Shown here one piece after another: positions 1 to 14,616 of a DNA stretch of 64,000 nucleotides (its first letter is position 1; every line of letters begins with the position of its first letter). The notes below the pieces were generated by a model. That model did not search any database. It saw nothing but the letters and a program-made list of their open reading frames with translations, and was not told where the DNA came from. The translations under genes were made by a program, and so were the position numbers. The DNA is from Octopus bimaculoides (taxonomy: Eukaryota), in the NCBI RefSeq assembly GCF_001194135.2, contig NC_068985.1, forward strand, positions 75,760,079 to 75,824,078. The letters run 5' to 3'.

Positions 1-201
1 TTTCGTGCAGGTGACATGTAAAAGCACCCACTACACTCTCTGAGTGGTTGGCGTTAGGAAGGGCATCCAGCTGTAGAAACTCTGCCAAATCAGACTGGAG
101 CCCTGGTGTTGCCATCCGGTTTCACCAGTCCTCAGTCAAATCGTCCAACCCATGCTAGCATGGAAAGCGGACGTTAAACGATGATGATGATGATGATGAT
201 G

Positions 202-203
<2 letters not shown>
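1..203 (-). mobile_element. SINE-like repeat family with (CAT)n end and GGATGCCCTTCCTAACGCCAACC motif
   Basis: Near-identical copies at 26245-26542(-), 29903-30209(+), 33079-33233(-) and 51098-51545(+); older copies near 5.8, 6.3, 12.1, 34.0, 42.5, 43.8, 52.7 and 60.5 kb. Confidence 0.85.
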
Positions 204-272
<69 letters not shown>

Positions 273-3200
273 CCTCCTTGTCTTGACATCATGTGTTGAT
301 GTTTAACAAAGTTTTTATGGCTTAGTTCAAATAGAATTAATAGCATAAAACACAATATCTCTGTGTTATGCTTCTATTTCAGTTGTATTCATATGTAGAG
401 TTCTGGTCTAGATTCTGGTATTCTCACATTGGCTGTTATACTAATTTCTTCCTCCACTGGTTCTAGTAACAACAGTTTCACCAGCTCAAATGAACTCTTC
501 GTATGCTAATTCATGGCTTTGTTTACTCTATTTCTTGCCATTTCAGACTCTACTTTTCTTGCCGTCTATAGCTCACTTCATCTTTTTATTTTATCTCTCC
601 CTACCTATCTCTCTCTCTCTCTCATATATATATATATTTCTAGTATTCTACAAGAACATGTCTGACCATGGAGAAAAATTACTTTGCTTGGAAACAGTAG
701 AGGGTTAGCAACAGGAAGGGCATCCAACCATAGAAAATCCACCTCAACAAATTCCATCTACCTATGCAAACATGAAAAGTGGATGTTAGCATGATGGATT
801 TGGTAGATGGAAACTGAATGAAGCCCATTATATATGTGTGAGTGTGTGTATGTTTGTGTCTCCTTGTGTTGACATCATGTGATAGTTGTAAGATGATTGT
901 CATTGTCATAAAAGCAGTGTCATTCATTTCCAATATTCTGTGAGAATGTCTGGCTATGAGGAAATATCACTTTACTTGGAAACCAGAAGGGCATCCAGCC
1001 CCAGAAAATCTACCTCAATGAATTCTGTCCAACCCAAGCAAGCATGAAAAAAGTAGACGTTAAAATGATGATGGGAAGAGAAACCTGAAAAGCAAAAAAA
1101 AAAGAAGAAAAAAACCCCGAAAAACATGTTATGTTGCTTTTACAATGAATGTCACATTTTGAAAGAATATATAATGTAGCCCTAGATGCCTCTAACACAA
1201 ATTACTTAACAAAGGACAAACTTGCTAGCATAGGACAAAATGTTTTGCACCAATTTCAAATCTTGCCATGGTCAACTTTCCTTTCATCCTTGTGGGGATA
1301 CCACTCCAGAGTTATGGTTTAGTGGAATTGCTGAAGCATTGGATGAGACGAGTACTTTCATACACTTATATACACATGATGGGAACTTCCACCTACCAAA
1401 TTCAATCACAAGACTATGGTTGGCCCAGAGCTATAGCAGAAGACACTTGCCCAAAGTGCTACACAGTGGAACTGAACCTGAAACAATGTGGTCGAGAACC
1501 AAGCTTCTTAATCACACAGTCCTGCTTGTCTTATGGTTCTTGTTCCAGATCTTGAATAGTAGATTTAATCCAGTCTGTCATTCTGTTTAACACCACTACA
1601 TACTCTTTGAGTGGTTTTAGCGGAGTCCCGTGTATTGTATGAATTCAGGTCAGGTTTCTGGTTTGAGGTTAACTTTTTTTGTTTTTTTTCACATAGTGAA
1701 AAATGAAATAAAGAAACATGATGCATTACCTTTCTTTTCTTATCTAAGAAGTAAAAAAGGAATGTTTTTGATCGTAGAATTTGTTCAATCATGTCTACCT
1801 TGAGACTAAGTAAACAGATTTCCATTGGTTTCAGATTATTGGTGTTAAGTTTAGTAAACTGAGCTACCTGCTCATTGATTATTCCATAGAACAAGCAACC
1901 ATAACATAATCCTCCAGCAGAATCAGTAGGCTTCTGCGCAATTTCTGTCTGCTCAATTTTACTCACATAGTTTGGATTGATCTAAGGCAATGCCAAATGA
2001 CACTTGTCCAAGATTTCATGTGGTGGAATCAAATGCTGCTCTTCATGATTGCATGACATGCTGTGGCTATGCTTGGGACTGAAGAACATTAACAACAAAA
2101 ATATGTTATTTACATTGGCACAATGTTTTAAAAGGAAAAATATACACCAGGTGAATTAGGAAATGAATCAAAAATATTGTTAGATGACTTAAAGTAAGAG
2201 AGTGTGAAACTGTTCAATCAATGTTGAAACCAAGTGCAATACTTAATCAAATCTTTCCTCATAAACAGAAGCTTTCAAATAGTATTTAATTTATTAGAAT
2301 TTTTTAACCAATAAATATTTGCTAACAAGTGGTACCTTGCTTATGAAGTGCTCTTAAATAAATTGGTATTTTTCTAAATCATGACTAGAATCCATTTGGG
2401 TTGATGTAGTTAGTCTCTTACATTTGATAAGTGATTTTCTGAGTGATGCTAGATATTGAAGTGTCATGCTCTTAAGTAAATTACAATTGGGACAAAAGTT
2501 AAATACAATAATGCATAAATTTTGCCAATAAAGTTTGCATTATTAAATTTACAGTGCCAGTGGACGGGAGAATCCATAGAGCATTGAACAAAAATTCTTG
2601 ATGACATTTTTATGCCTTTATATTGTGCTAGAATCTCACCAAGCTACATTTTGGTTTCTATACTTCTCAGGTTGTTCTTTTTGTGTAGTCTCCAAGCCAG
2701 CACAGATAAAGCAGCACTTAGGTACACCAGTAGTCAGCCAGACAATGAGGCATGAACTATGAATTCATTTTTCCAATTACACCATGTCTCTATCTAGCTG
2801 AGGGCCATATAGTTGTAAATCATTTGGTTAGGCTATAAGTACCTCATTTTCTCCACTGCCCAGTTTGTTCTTGTGCAGCCTGAGATTCTTGTGGTAGTAA
2901 CAACAGAGGTTGGGAGAGATGGACTGAGAATACAACAATTGCTGTTCCTCTGTACTTGAAAGAAAGCATGTGGCTTAGTGGTGAGGGTATTTAGCTCATG
3001 GTTGTAACAGCAAGAGTTTGTTTTCTGGTGGTGCATTGTCTCCTTAAGCAAGACACTTATTTCTCATTGCTCCAGTTCATTCTAGTAGCAAAAGTAAGTT
3101 CTACCTGTAGTTCAAAGGGCCAGCCTTGTCACACTGAAAGCACTCAAGCTAGGTCTCCAGTTTAAGGATAGCTTCCTCTCTTCCATCTACCAGTCTTGGA

Positions 3201-5765
3201 GGCTCTTAAAATATAAGGAACACGACATTTCCCTTTGTGACTAAACAGTAAAAAAGTAAATTTTCATCAAATCACACCCTGCCATCTTTAAAGAAATGAG
3301 CAACACATTGTTCTTAGGTAGACGGTCTGAAATACAATTAAGGACAAAGAATAAAAGACATGATGGTCATGGTAAGATACCTTTGGTCATAGGTCTTCTA
3401 TACGAAGACTGACATGGTGGATAAACATCACACAACAACAACTTGAACTGCACCAAGTTAACTTGCCTAAATTAAATTCTATAAAAGCAAAGATTAAATC
3501 TTTGAATGGTGTTATTGTAACCTAAGGGACTGTGAGTGTTCCTAATAAAACAAATTCATAACAGTCTGTCATATATCTGGTGGAAGTTTCAGTTGTGCTG
3601 GTGGTGGAGGTGGTAATTTGGGTTTTAAGCTGAAATTATATAATTCACCAATACAGAAAAGAAAATGAGATTTTTAAAATTATTTTCAAATTATATTTCA
3701 GGATTTTATTATTAAATTTTGTTTTGAATTCAAATTATAATCTTAATTTGTTTTTCAATTTTTCACTCTGCTTTTGGTTTTCTTGTATAAACACACACCT
3801 CTGTTTAATTAATTTGAAATTTCTAAATGAAAACAAAAAGAAAAAAAAATTGAATAGAAACTAACTAATTATTAATATTTGGTATTGTTTCACACTGGAG
3901 TTTTTGCCTTTCTGGCAGGGTTGATAACATTCTGTTAACATACTTGATTGAATATACCCCAACAAAAATTATTCTTGTGACTAGCCAGAAGAAATCAGTG
4001 TTTAATAACTATTTCACTTCAGCCATACTTTAGTTCTTAATTTCACTCAATCCATTTATATGACAAAACTTAAAATTAAAACGATCTTGTTAAAAAATCT
4101 TCAAAAAATCTTCAATACCTTAATTGATTTATCTACTTATGATATCTTAAATATACATTAGAGGTTTTAATAGATTTACTGTACTCCTAGTATGTTTTTT
4201 TCACAATTAAATATTGTTAGTAGTTGCATAAAAAAAAATTTATTGAAATATTTTATGTATTGTAGAAGTATAACCAATTTATTACATATAGATTATAACA
4301 ACAAAATCTTATGTGGACCCCAAGGGTCATATGGACTCCAATTGAGAATGACTGGTCTAAACAGTATGAATGAAGTATATAATGTATTATGGATCCTGCC
4401 TTCCCTTCTAATATTCAAAATTTAAAAAAACTATCTTTCCAATGTTAGGGACCTGGGAAGGCTGTGGGTGCTGCCCCTTTTCCTCCTGACCTAACCATTA
4501 AATGACAAGTAAAAAATTTTTTACTAGAGTGCTGTTCCATTGTTAACTTTTACTGCTGTTACTCAAAATCGAGGATGACTTGCTAGCATATACAGACATA
4601 ACTTAAGTTACTTCACTTTTTTTTTAAAGAAATTAATTGGTAAAATAAAATAAAACTCAGCTTCACTCAATTTATCTGACTTTATATCAGTCTCAGCAAA
4701 CATATTTAAGAGTATAAAAATTTTTTAGAATCCCACTTAAAAACCAATACTGAGGTGGAAGGTGTAATAAAATACATGTGAAAATATGTACAAATCATTT
4801 CTTAAAACAGATATAAGCTAATAAATTTTTTTTAAATGTGTTTTCATGTTGCCTCATTTTTTGAGAAGTTACATGTCATGAAACCTATTACTGATGCAAG
4901 TTGAGATATGCCTCTGCCATCCTTTTGTGAATTGTTTTGAAAGCCTACATGGTTGCAAACATAGACACTTCCAGCCCTCACTCTCTTGACTCCACAGAAC
5001 ATCCAGGCTTTGACAGCTGGAAGAAGAGCAGGCTGCATTGGTACTTGACTAATGCATTCTTTGTCAACCACAAAAGAATGGAAAACAAAGTTGACAGTGG
5101 TGGGATTTGAACCCAGACTAGAGAGAGCCAGAACAAATATAATAATAAGATTTTATCTGATACTCTAATTACTGCCTATCACCTGTTTTCCATTATACTG
5201 ACTTCTAAGTTGGGTGCAGCATGCCAAATTTTGATGTCAGGCCTTACTTTTCTGACTGGTACTTTATTTTACTGACCCTAGAGAGATAAAGGCTAATTTT
5301 GACCTCTGCAAGATTTGAACTCAAAAGATAAATTACGTAGCAGTCTTTACAGTTCTCTGTTTTTGTCTACTTTCACAATAACCTAAAGAGATGTTTGTTA
5401 TTATGGTTTCATTACTGGTACTAGCGATTCCTGTCAGATAAGTGATAGATGGCATGTTTTGCATGTGTCAAATATTGTTAACGAAGTGGTAACTTTCACA
5501 TGAAATGCTTGTAATTACTCTATTAAGGAGTGTTTTTTAACTGCAGAACTGGTGTGTGTGTGTGTGTATATATGTTTATAATAATAATAATAAAGAGTAT
5601 GGAGACTTGTACAATATTTATTCTATAGTTATATACAGCATATTACTGTGACCTACATGTGTTTCTACTGTAGCAACTACACATTATTGCAGATGCAACC
5701 TTGCAATATTGTCAATGTAGTTTCATCATGGTCTGTCCATTTGGTTTTCTTCAAAGTTTATATCT

Positions 5766-5806
<41 letters not shown>

Positions 5807-8800
5807 TCATCATCATCATCAATATTTAACAGCTATTTTCCATACTGCCATGGGTTGAATGGCTTGTGACTTGAGCAGGCAAGGCCAGCAGCCACACCAG
5901 GTTCCATGTTCTGTTCTAGCAAGGTTTCTATGGCTGGATGCCCTTTCTAATGCCAACCACTTTACAAAGTGTACTTGGTATACTCTAAGATGTATATGTC
6001 CACTGAGGGCAATATAACTAAGAAGGTGCATAGGAGAAACAGAAAGAGGGATTTGTGTGTGTGTGTGTGTGAGAAGACACGTAACAGTAGTTAGGGTGTT
6101 ACACTCACGGTTGCTAGATCTTGGGTTTGATTCCTGGACCAGGCAGCACATTGTGTTCTTGAGCAAAGCACTTCATTTTTTGTTACCTTAATCCACTCGG
6201 CTACAAACGGGTAACCCTGAGATAGCATAGTCTTCTGTGCTCACCGAGCCAGAGGGATCACATCATTCAAAGGCTAAAACATTGTGACCACATTGTATAA
6301 CAACATCTGATAATCTGGTCAATACTATCATCATCATCATTTAACATCTGTTTTCCATGCTGGTATGGATTGGACAGTTTGACAGGAGCTGACCAGCTGA
6401 AGGCCTGTTCAAGCTCCCTGTCTGTTTTGGCATGGTTTCTATTACTGGATGCTCTTCCTAATGTCAACCACTTTACAGAGTGTAGTGGGTACTCTTACAC
6501 ACAACACCAGTACTGGTGCTTTTTTATGTGGCACCAGCACCTACGAGTCCACAAGATTAGGGATGTTCAGATGGAGAGGGTTGTAGGGGGTAAGCCTGTA
6601 CGCAAGGGCAACCATGTTTTTACTTAGCTTGACATCTCTTTTCAAGCATAGGAAACTGCCAGGAGTCTCCATCCCTTGTTATCCTCTACTGGATCTACCC
6701 CTACCGCATGTTCCATCTGTACCTCTTGATGCAACTGTCTTCATCCATATGCATTAAATGGCCATACCAGCACAGTCTTCTCTATTGCAATGCATGTATA
6801 TTTCCATATGTTTGTTTTTCCAAAATAGCATAGATTAGAGGAACATGGTGTTTGAGAATTATTTTCCAGCCAGATACTCTTACCTGCTATATTGACAGAA
6901 GTATCAACAACATGGCTACTTGAATGACTCTTGAATAAATGGCTGTAGATGTAAGCAAACATGCACCTACACAAATACACATGCATACATGTGCACATAT
7001 ACCAAAATCCATTCATAAGGCTCTGGTTGACCTGAGACTGTATTAAAAGACATGTACTCATGGTGCTGCTCCATGGAACTGAGCCTTCAACAGATTTCTC
7101 AGCCTTACAGGTATGTGTGTACCTGTGTCTGTGTGTAACTCTGTCTTTCTCATATAAGTATGGTTGTGTGGTAAGAAGCTTGCTTTCCAGCCACATAGTT
7201 TCCACTGCATGACACCTTGTTAAGTGTCTTCTACTATATAGCCTTGGGCTGACCAAAGCCTTGTGAATGGATTTGGTAGATGAAAACTGAAAGAAGCCCT
7301 TTGGGCCTTTGTGTGTGTATGCGTATATATATATATATATATATATGTGCTTGTGTTTGTCCCCATCACCGCTTGACAACCAGTGTCGGTGTGTTTACAT
7401 CCCTGTAAATAAGCAGTTCAGCAAAACAGACCGATACAGTAGGTGCCAGGCTTTAAAAGTCCTGGGGTCGATTTGTTCAACTAAAACGTTTCAGAGTGGT
7501 CCTCCAGCATGGCCACAGTCAAATACCTGAAACTTGTAAAAAAAAAGATGCACACACACACACACACACACACACATTACAATACGATCAACTGTACTGG
7601 ATACTTTGTCAGTCTCGGGATTGTGAATTTATATGTATTTATGTATGTACACACATATATGAGTATCTATATTAATGTTTATGTATGCACACATGTATAT
7701 GTGTGTGTATGTGTTTGTGTATACACTCACTCAGAAACACGCTCGCATACATGTGAGTGTGTAGTTTTATGTAACTATTGAAATTATGTTTGTATTTCAT
7801 TTTGTCTATATTTAATATGCAGAAAAGCCTCACCATATACACTCTCACTCTCTTTCTCTCTCCCTAACTTATCCTTACACACACACACACACACACATCA
7901 TTGTTTGTTTGTTTTTTTGTGTGTATATAAGTAAATAAATATAATAGCTTCATGAGTAATTATAATAGCTGTATTGTGTGTATGTATGTGTGTTTAGTGT
8001 TTGTTCTGCATGACTGCAAAATGCCACATGCTGTCAGTGGTATTTGTCAATTGTCAGATAACAAATTTGTTGTGAAGGGCAATGATGTAGTAGTAGGAGG
8101 AGGAGGCGGTAGTAGTGGTAGTATTTCTGTAAATGTAAATTGATTTTTTAAACTAAGAGCAATTGTCAAGAAAAAAAAAAAGAGACAAAAAAATGTTGAT
8201 TTCATTCAAAATTTAATTTACTTGGTAGATATCTTTTATCTTTAATCTTTTATCATACTTCAGTCATTGGACTGTAGCCATGCTGGGACAACTTCTTAAG
8301 GAGTTTTATTTGAAGAAATTGACCTCTGTACTTAGTTTTTTTTTTTTTAAAGCCTGGTACATATTTTATCTGTCTAATTGCCAAACCACTAAGTTATGGA
8401 AACATAAACTAACCAGCACCAGTTGTCAAGCAGTGGTGAAGGGAACACACACACGTGCACAAACACATGTATGCACAAAGACGACACACATATATACAAA
8501 CATACATATATAAACTTTTACCTGTATGTTTTTTTTTACATGCTGACCACTGATAAGATTATTAATTGATTTTATCCTTAACTATGTATGCATATATATA
8601 TATATATATATATATATNNNNNNNNNNNNNNNNNNNNNNNNNNNNNNNNNNNNNNNNNNNNNNNNNNNNNNNNNNNNNNNNNNNNNNNNNNNNNNNNNNN
8701 NNNNNNNNNNNNNNNNNACATACATATATTTTTTTACACAAGATCACATGATTTCGACCTTCTTTGGTCCTGTCAATGATGGACACTCGATCGCTAGAGA

Positions 8801-8901
8801 TAATAGCAACTCATTTCCCTGCCAGTGAGAAATAGAATTTACCAGTGCAGAATATAGAATGTACCAAAGCAGGTGTCATCATCACGATTAGCCAGTGAGC
8901 T

Positions 8902-9221
8902 GGTTAAAAAGTATATATTAGCAACAGAAGCAATGCTAATACAAAGAAGTAATATTTATCCCTACTTAAATGTGGATGTTCTGTTAGAACAAACTCTACT
9001 GTGGTAGTTACCATGAGAGAAACTCTAATATTGGCTTTTGGAGCAAAATTCACTCTTGTTTATATTGCTAGCATTTTGCACCAAAAGCCAATGTGAGAGT
9101 TTCTCTTATTAGTAACTACGGCAGTATAGTTTGTTCTAATAAAACATCCACATTTTAAGTGGGAATAAATATTACCTCTTAGTATCAATACTGCCTCTTC
9201 TGCTAATAAATATATTTTACC
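8902..9221. repeat. Long inverted repeat (fold-back element)
   Basis: Arms 8902-9049 and 9073-9221 are reverse complements (~80% by eye); 23-nt spacer. Confidence 0.85.
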
Positions 9222-9260
9222 AAGGTATGTAGCTATGGTCATGTTTGCTTTGCTCCTTAC

Positions 9261-9311
<51 letters not shown>

Positions 9312-10764
9312 ATGCATATGCATAGCATTATGTCCTATCAGTAGTAGAAAGTTTTATGACTGACCTAATTTAATACACAGACATGTAAAGAATAAAGCTC
9401 TGCTTTGATGAGATTACAAGTTGTTGTGGGCAAGTGGTGCTTCTACTACAGTGAAGGGTTGACTAATGTCTTATGAGTAACATTTGGCAGGCAAAATCTT
9501 GTGTAGACATTCCTGCCCATACCCAAACACACTGCATGTATACCTGGTTTCTATTATTTCTCCAATGAAAAGTAATATACTCTCCTATATTCTAGAAGCA
9601 TTATCAAGCCAATACCACAACAGTACAACTTCTGCAATAAAATCAAACAGAATCAGATAAATCAATCAATATCAAAAATACTTCATTAAGCTCCATTTTC
9701 TCTCTTTTTTTTACTTTCATTTTACTGAGGCTTCCTCATTGTTAAATGCAAATATAAATTTTTCTGGAAAAAGCAGAATCTTGCAGTCTAGCTTCTGATC
9801 CTTAGTGAAACACCTATAGGCTCCCAGTTTCTTAAATGACACAAAAATTGAGGCTTCACAAGTTTATGTCACTTAAAGATTACTACAAGTATGCCTACAC
9901 ATGAAATTACCTTCCTCCTAAAAATGTTTTCTGAAGACCAAGTCTGTCTAAACTAAGATTTAAGCCTAGCTCTAAATGCAAACAAGGCCATGTGAATTCC
10001 TTTTTCTCAACAACTAATCTGGTATTTTCTCCTCATCCTGCCAGTCATTGTCAACAAAGCAGACACAGAAATGACAAACTATATGTCTTCAATACCTCCT
10101 CAGCCTGTATATTTAACCTCTACCTTCCTTTATGTTATTCTGTATTCTTTTATTATATTTTGTTCACTAGGTCTTTTCCCAGCGATTTTCTTCTACATCA
10201 TTTTAAAATTTCTTACTCTTCACTTTTCCCCACTTCTTATCAAATGATAATTCTTATTCTTCTAGTTCCAAGAGCATTTACATGTCTAGAATATCTTCAC
10301 CTATTGAACTCCATCTCCTATCAACTAGACTGCATGAAGTGACATAACTAAACACAAAAAAAAGAAAAGAAAAACAAAAGTGAAAAAATACAAGACAGTA
10401 TAAAATTGTTTTGGCAAGCCGTAACAACGCAAGTTGGAAATAAAGGAGAAAATAACAGAAGCAAAGTATATATGAAAGAAACACAAAAAGTTTACACTGC
10501 TTCTATATCTAACTTCCATAATACTGGCTTCCCAAATCAATTTTAAGTCTATCTCACTATGTTTCATTTAAACTATATACAACAAGACAGCAAACTTTGC
10601 ATGGTCAGATATTTTAGTAAAAAAGCTCAAGTATGCTACTGTTTTGTGTGTGTGTGTGTGTGTGTGTGCATATACTTATACAGATACATGTGCATATACA
10701 TATATGCACAAACATATACACATGCACATATGCACTCGCATACCTTCACACATACATACTGATG

Positions 10765-10803
<39 letters not shown>

Positions 10804-12277
10804 CAGAGAGAGATAACCCTGAGCAGATTAGAAAGCCGTAGCTTTATAATAGAACAGTCAATATTAGTGACTGACTTGTGCTCACAGATCAGGTCAGAAC
10901 AAATATAGTAGTAGCAGTGCTATGCCATAATAAGAAATAAACAAACTTTTAGGTTAGTTCAAATACGTTTGTGACATATTTTAACTTCTAAAGGTAATTT
11001 CACTGCAAGTTACCTTGAGGAAAAAAAAATTCTCACTTTTAGTAAACTTGCATTTCTTCAATATTTCAGGGTTAGAACCCTGTCATGGGGATATGTAGAG
11101 AAATGAGAGGTGGTATAGAAGCTGTTCTCTTTGCTCAGAACGGTGGAGGTTGTCAACATATACCAAAAATTTAACAATGATCACATCAAATTCGATATTA
11201 AACACTCTGGAAAATCTGGAGCCTTCTCTCAGCTCTATTTTCAACTTGGGATTATGGCAAAAAGGTCAAATTATACCAACATCTATTAGAAAGTAACCAA
11301 CAGGAAACAAGTTGGGCCTTACTACCAGAGCTAAAGCCAACTATGTATGAAACAAAATTTTACATACAAGCAACAAGTGCAGTAACATAACATACTAAGC
11401 TCTTAAAATCAAATGGTTCTACAAGATCCTGCAAGACAGTGGCTATCCAGCATCTTTCACCAAACAACAGTATATCAATAGCAGTAATGTTAGTAACCAT
11501 CATTAGAAGGTTCAAAGCACTGGTGCTGATGTTGCATAAAACACGCTGATGATGGTGCCATGTAAAAAGCTCTGGTGATAGTACCACATACAAAGGAATG
11601 GTGATGGTGCCATGTCAAAAGCACCCAGTACTTCTAAGAACTACCTTACTTTGGAAACAGAACTATTACTGCAATCTACTGAGCGATCTGCAAGGAGGTT
11701 CTGAACATGCAGATGGTGCAGAAGTTACTGTTCTGAGATCAAACTACAAACAGCAATGGTGGAGGGGTTGCTCACTTCCCAATTTCCCCATCAACACCAT
11801 GTGTTTAAGGGTTTAAGTAGCATATGAAGTGGTCTGAAGCAAATGTGGTACATCCTATGTTGGGAACACCACCAGAAAGCAACACATATGTCTCAAAGAA
11901 TGCATCTTTTATTTTTTATCCTTTACTGATTTCAATCATTAGATTGTGGCCATGCAGGGACACCACCTTGAAGAATTTTACTGGTACAAATTGACCCCAA
12001 TACTTTGGGCTTCTTTGTGGTTCTGTCTACCAAATCCACTCTAGCACACTGCTCTACTCAAGAAGATCAGTCGACCACAGCAGGATTGATACCAATGCTG
12101 GTGCCACATAAAAAGCACCCAGTACACTCTGTGGAGTGGTTGGCATTAGGAAACCATGTAGAACAAACAATGGAGCCTTGTACAGCCCCTGGCCTTACCA
12201 GCTCCAATCAAATCATCCAGCCTGTGCTAGCATGGAAAATGGATGTTAAATGATCATGATATATATGTGCAAGTCTG

Positions 12278-12315
<38 letters not shown>

Positions 12316-13920
12316 TTTAAGTGTGAAAATACTGGCACAGTGATGAAAATTGAACAAACAGAGAATGAATCAACCTTATTGTTGAGAAAACAAGAGTAAA
12401 ACATGGCACTATAGGAGGGATTTAGTGGATTATGAGAACTATCGAGTCAGTATCAAAAGGTATAGAGATTAACTTTGACAGGTAGAAAGCAACTGCCTTT
12501 AATAAACAAAGAATGAAACTGAAGATTTACACAGGGAGAAGACAGATAGGATTAAAGTAGTTTAGATGACTGAATTTGACAAATACTACCAAATGCTGAG
12601 GGCTGAATGGAAATAAAAATCACAGGAAAAAAAGGTTGATATTTCATTGTAGCAAAGCAGTGTTTTTCAGTCATTTTTAATTTGTAATGCACTAGAGATC
12701 AAATGGCAGAAATACTGGTGCCCTTTGCACAGATATTTGTTTTAAAATTAAAAGTGATTGAAAAGAAAAAGCCTAAAGTTATACTTTTAAAAATCTTCAG
12801 TGCACCGAGATATTCCATGCATTGCACCAGTTATATAGTAATTAAAGAAATATTTTGTGCTTTAATAGGTGACAATTAAAAAATTGTATACAATAGCAAT
12901 ACATTTTCTATGAATGACATTGTACATATGTGAAAAAAATCATGTTATATCCCAATACCTTATCTAAAACTGTTCATTTTTTTAAAAGATGTATGTGTGT
13001 GTACTGTAACTTTGACCTGTGATTTTTCTGGCATTTTTCCCTAAGAATTTTTTTTTTACCCATTTATGTTGGGATTCACAGATTTCAGATGACATGGGAG
13101 TCAAATGAGAAAAGTAAACTGAAAGGCTAAAACTCTTAATTACTGTTTCTTTCTTTCTTTTCTTTTCTTTTTTTTGTAGAAAATTGTTTTTATTTATATC
13201 AAAAATTTTTCTTAAGGTAATATAAATAGAGTCACATGAAAATACAGAGGCCCTGAAGGAGTCTGAATGAAACAACTGGACTAAAGTGTCTGAATATTTT
13301 CTAAAGAAAAATAAATCCTCAACACAGACTGACTGGCACCAAAATAATCATAATGTTTATGATTACTTTTTTAAAAAAAATAACAAAAGGGCTTATGAAT
13401 ATAATCAAACCATGAATGAAAAACAGAAAACCTAGAAACTTAAAGTAAAAAAAAATGAACATAAAGAACAACAAACCCAAATGTCCAGACTGGTGGACAC
13501 CACCAAAGTATTTAGCTGACCAAATAGAAAAGATACCAAAAATATGATAAACATCAGTTGAGTACCAAGCAAAGCAACTAATTAATGAAGGACCAATGTA
13601 GTATGGTCACAATACAACAATTGACAGACTAACTGAAAAGATATTGGTATAAAAGACGAAACACAATAGGATTAAGGAAGGTAGAGGAAGGGATCAGTTA
13701 GTTTTTTAATGACATATTATCTTCTTACTTCAGCCTTTCAACTTCATCTCTGAGCCACATGAGAGAATAGGACCAGGGGGAAGGGCAGTGGAATTTCATT
13801 TTCGTTTTAATTATTTGTTTAGTTTTGTCTGATTCTTTTTTTTTTTTTATTATTACATTTCAGCTTGGGAAAGACATTGTAAGGAAGTGTTTTAGTCACT
13901 TGTTTTCACAACCAGCAATG

Positions 13921-13959
<39 letters not shown>

Positions 13960-14539
13960 CCGCCGCCGCCGCCACCACCATTACTGCTACCACAACTATT
14001 TCCTTTACCACCATCAACTAATAACATCACTACACTTAAGCCAATAAGCAGGCCTGTATGTGGTTGCACCTCCTGATAGAGGTAGCAGGTAATCTCCCTC
14101 CAATCACACACGCCCTACCATCCTTAAAAATAAATACACACACACACACACACATTGGATAATGTTCTCCTAGAGATATCATCAATTTTTACAACTACTT
14201 TCTAAGCAGGGATGGTTTGACCAGGTTATTATGGTTCAAATCATTTCTCATTCGACTTACTGCTTTTAATCAAAGATGTGCTCCTAGATCAATAATGGAC
14301 GTCCTGGAATTAAACATCACCTCTACCACTACCATAACTACAACCAATACCTCTATGATATTTATCACAGTTATTGTTGAGGTGAATTGGCTGAGTCATT
14401 AGAGCATTAAATTGATGTATTTGTCCCAGTTTCTTTATTTTACTTTGTAGGTTCAAAACCTGCTAATGTCACTTAATTTCAGAAATGTTAATGTGTCAGA
14501 CAGGATACTTTGTGGAATCTATTCAGGCAGGGCTGAGTA

Positions 14540-14616
14540 AGAAGTTCGCTTCCCAACCACACAGTTCTGGGTTTAGTTTCTGAACCCAGAACTGTGTGGT
14601 TGGGAAGCGAACTTCT
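14540..14616. repeat. Perfect 34-bp inverted repeat inside a SINE
   Basis: AGAAGTTCGCTTCCCAACCACACAGTTCTGGGTT (14540-14573) is the exact reverse complement of 14583-14616. Confidence 0.95.

Noticed and set aside
1565-1966. 133-aa minus-strand ORF
   Set aside because: No recognisable motif; it runs into T-rich low-complexity sequence.
4844-5071. Possible coding exon on the minus strand
   Set aside because: No recognisable family or good splice pair. Another frame (SLDVLWSQ...NRFHDM) faintly resembles a transposase C-terminus, too weak to call.
9400-11820. Possible L1/Tx1-like endonuclease and RT traces; also a Helitron-like 5' end near 28500
   Set aside because: The motifs are too degenerate and not in a consistent order to support a call without HMM searches.
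13825-14130. Poly-I/poly-P ORF and apparent double CCAAT promoter
   Set aside because: A compound (ATA)n(GCC)n(ACC)n repeat. The second CCAAT (14100) belongs to a dispersed repeat also seen near 3.27 and 43.35 kb; one CCAAT box is not enough evidence.
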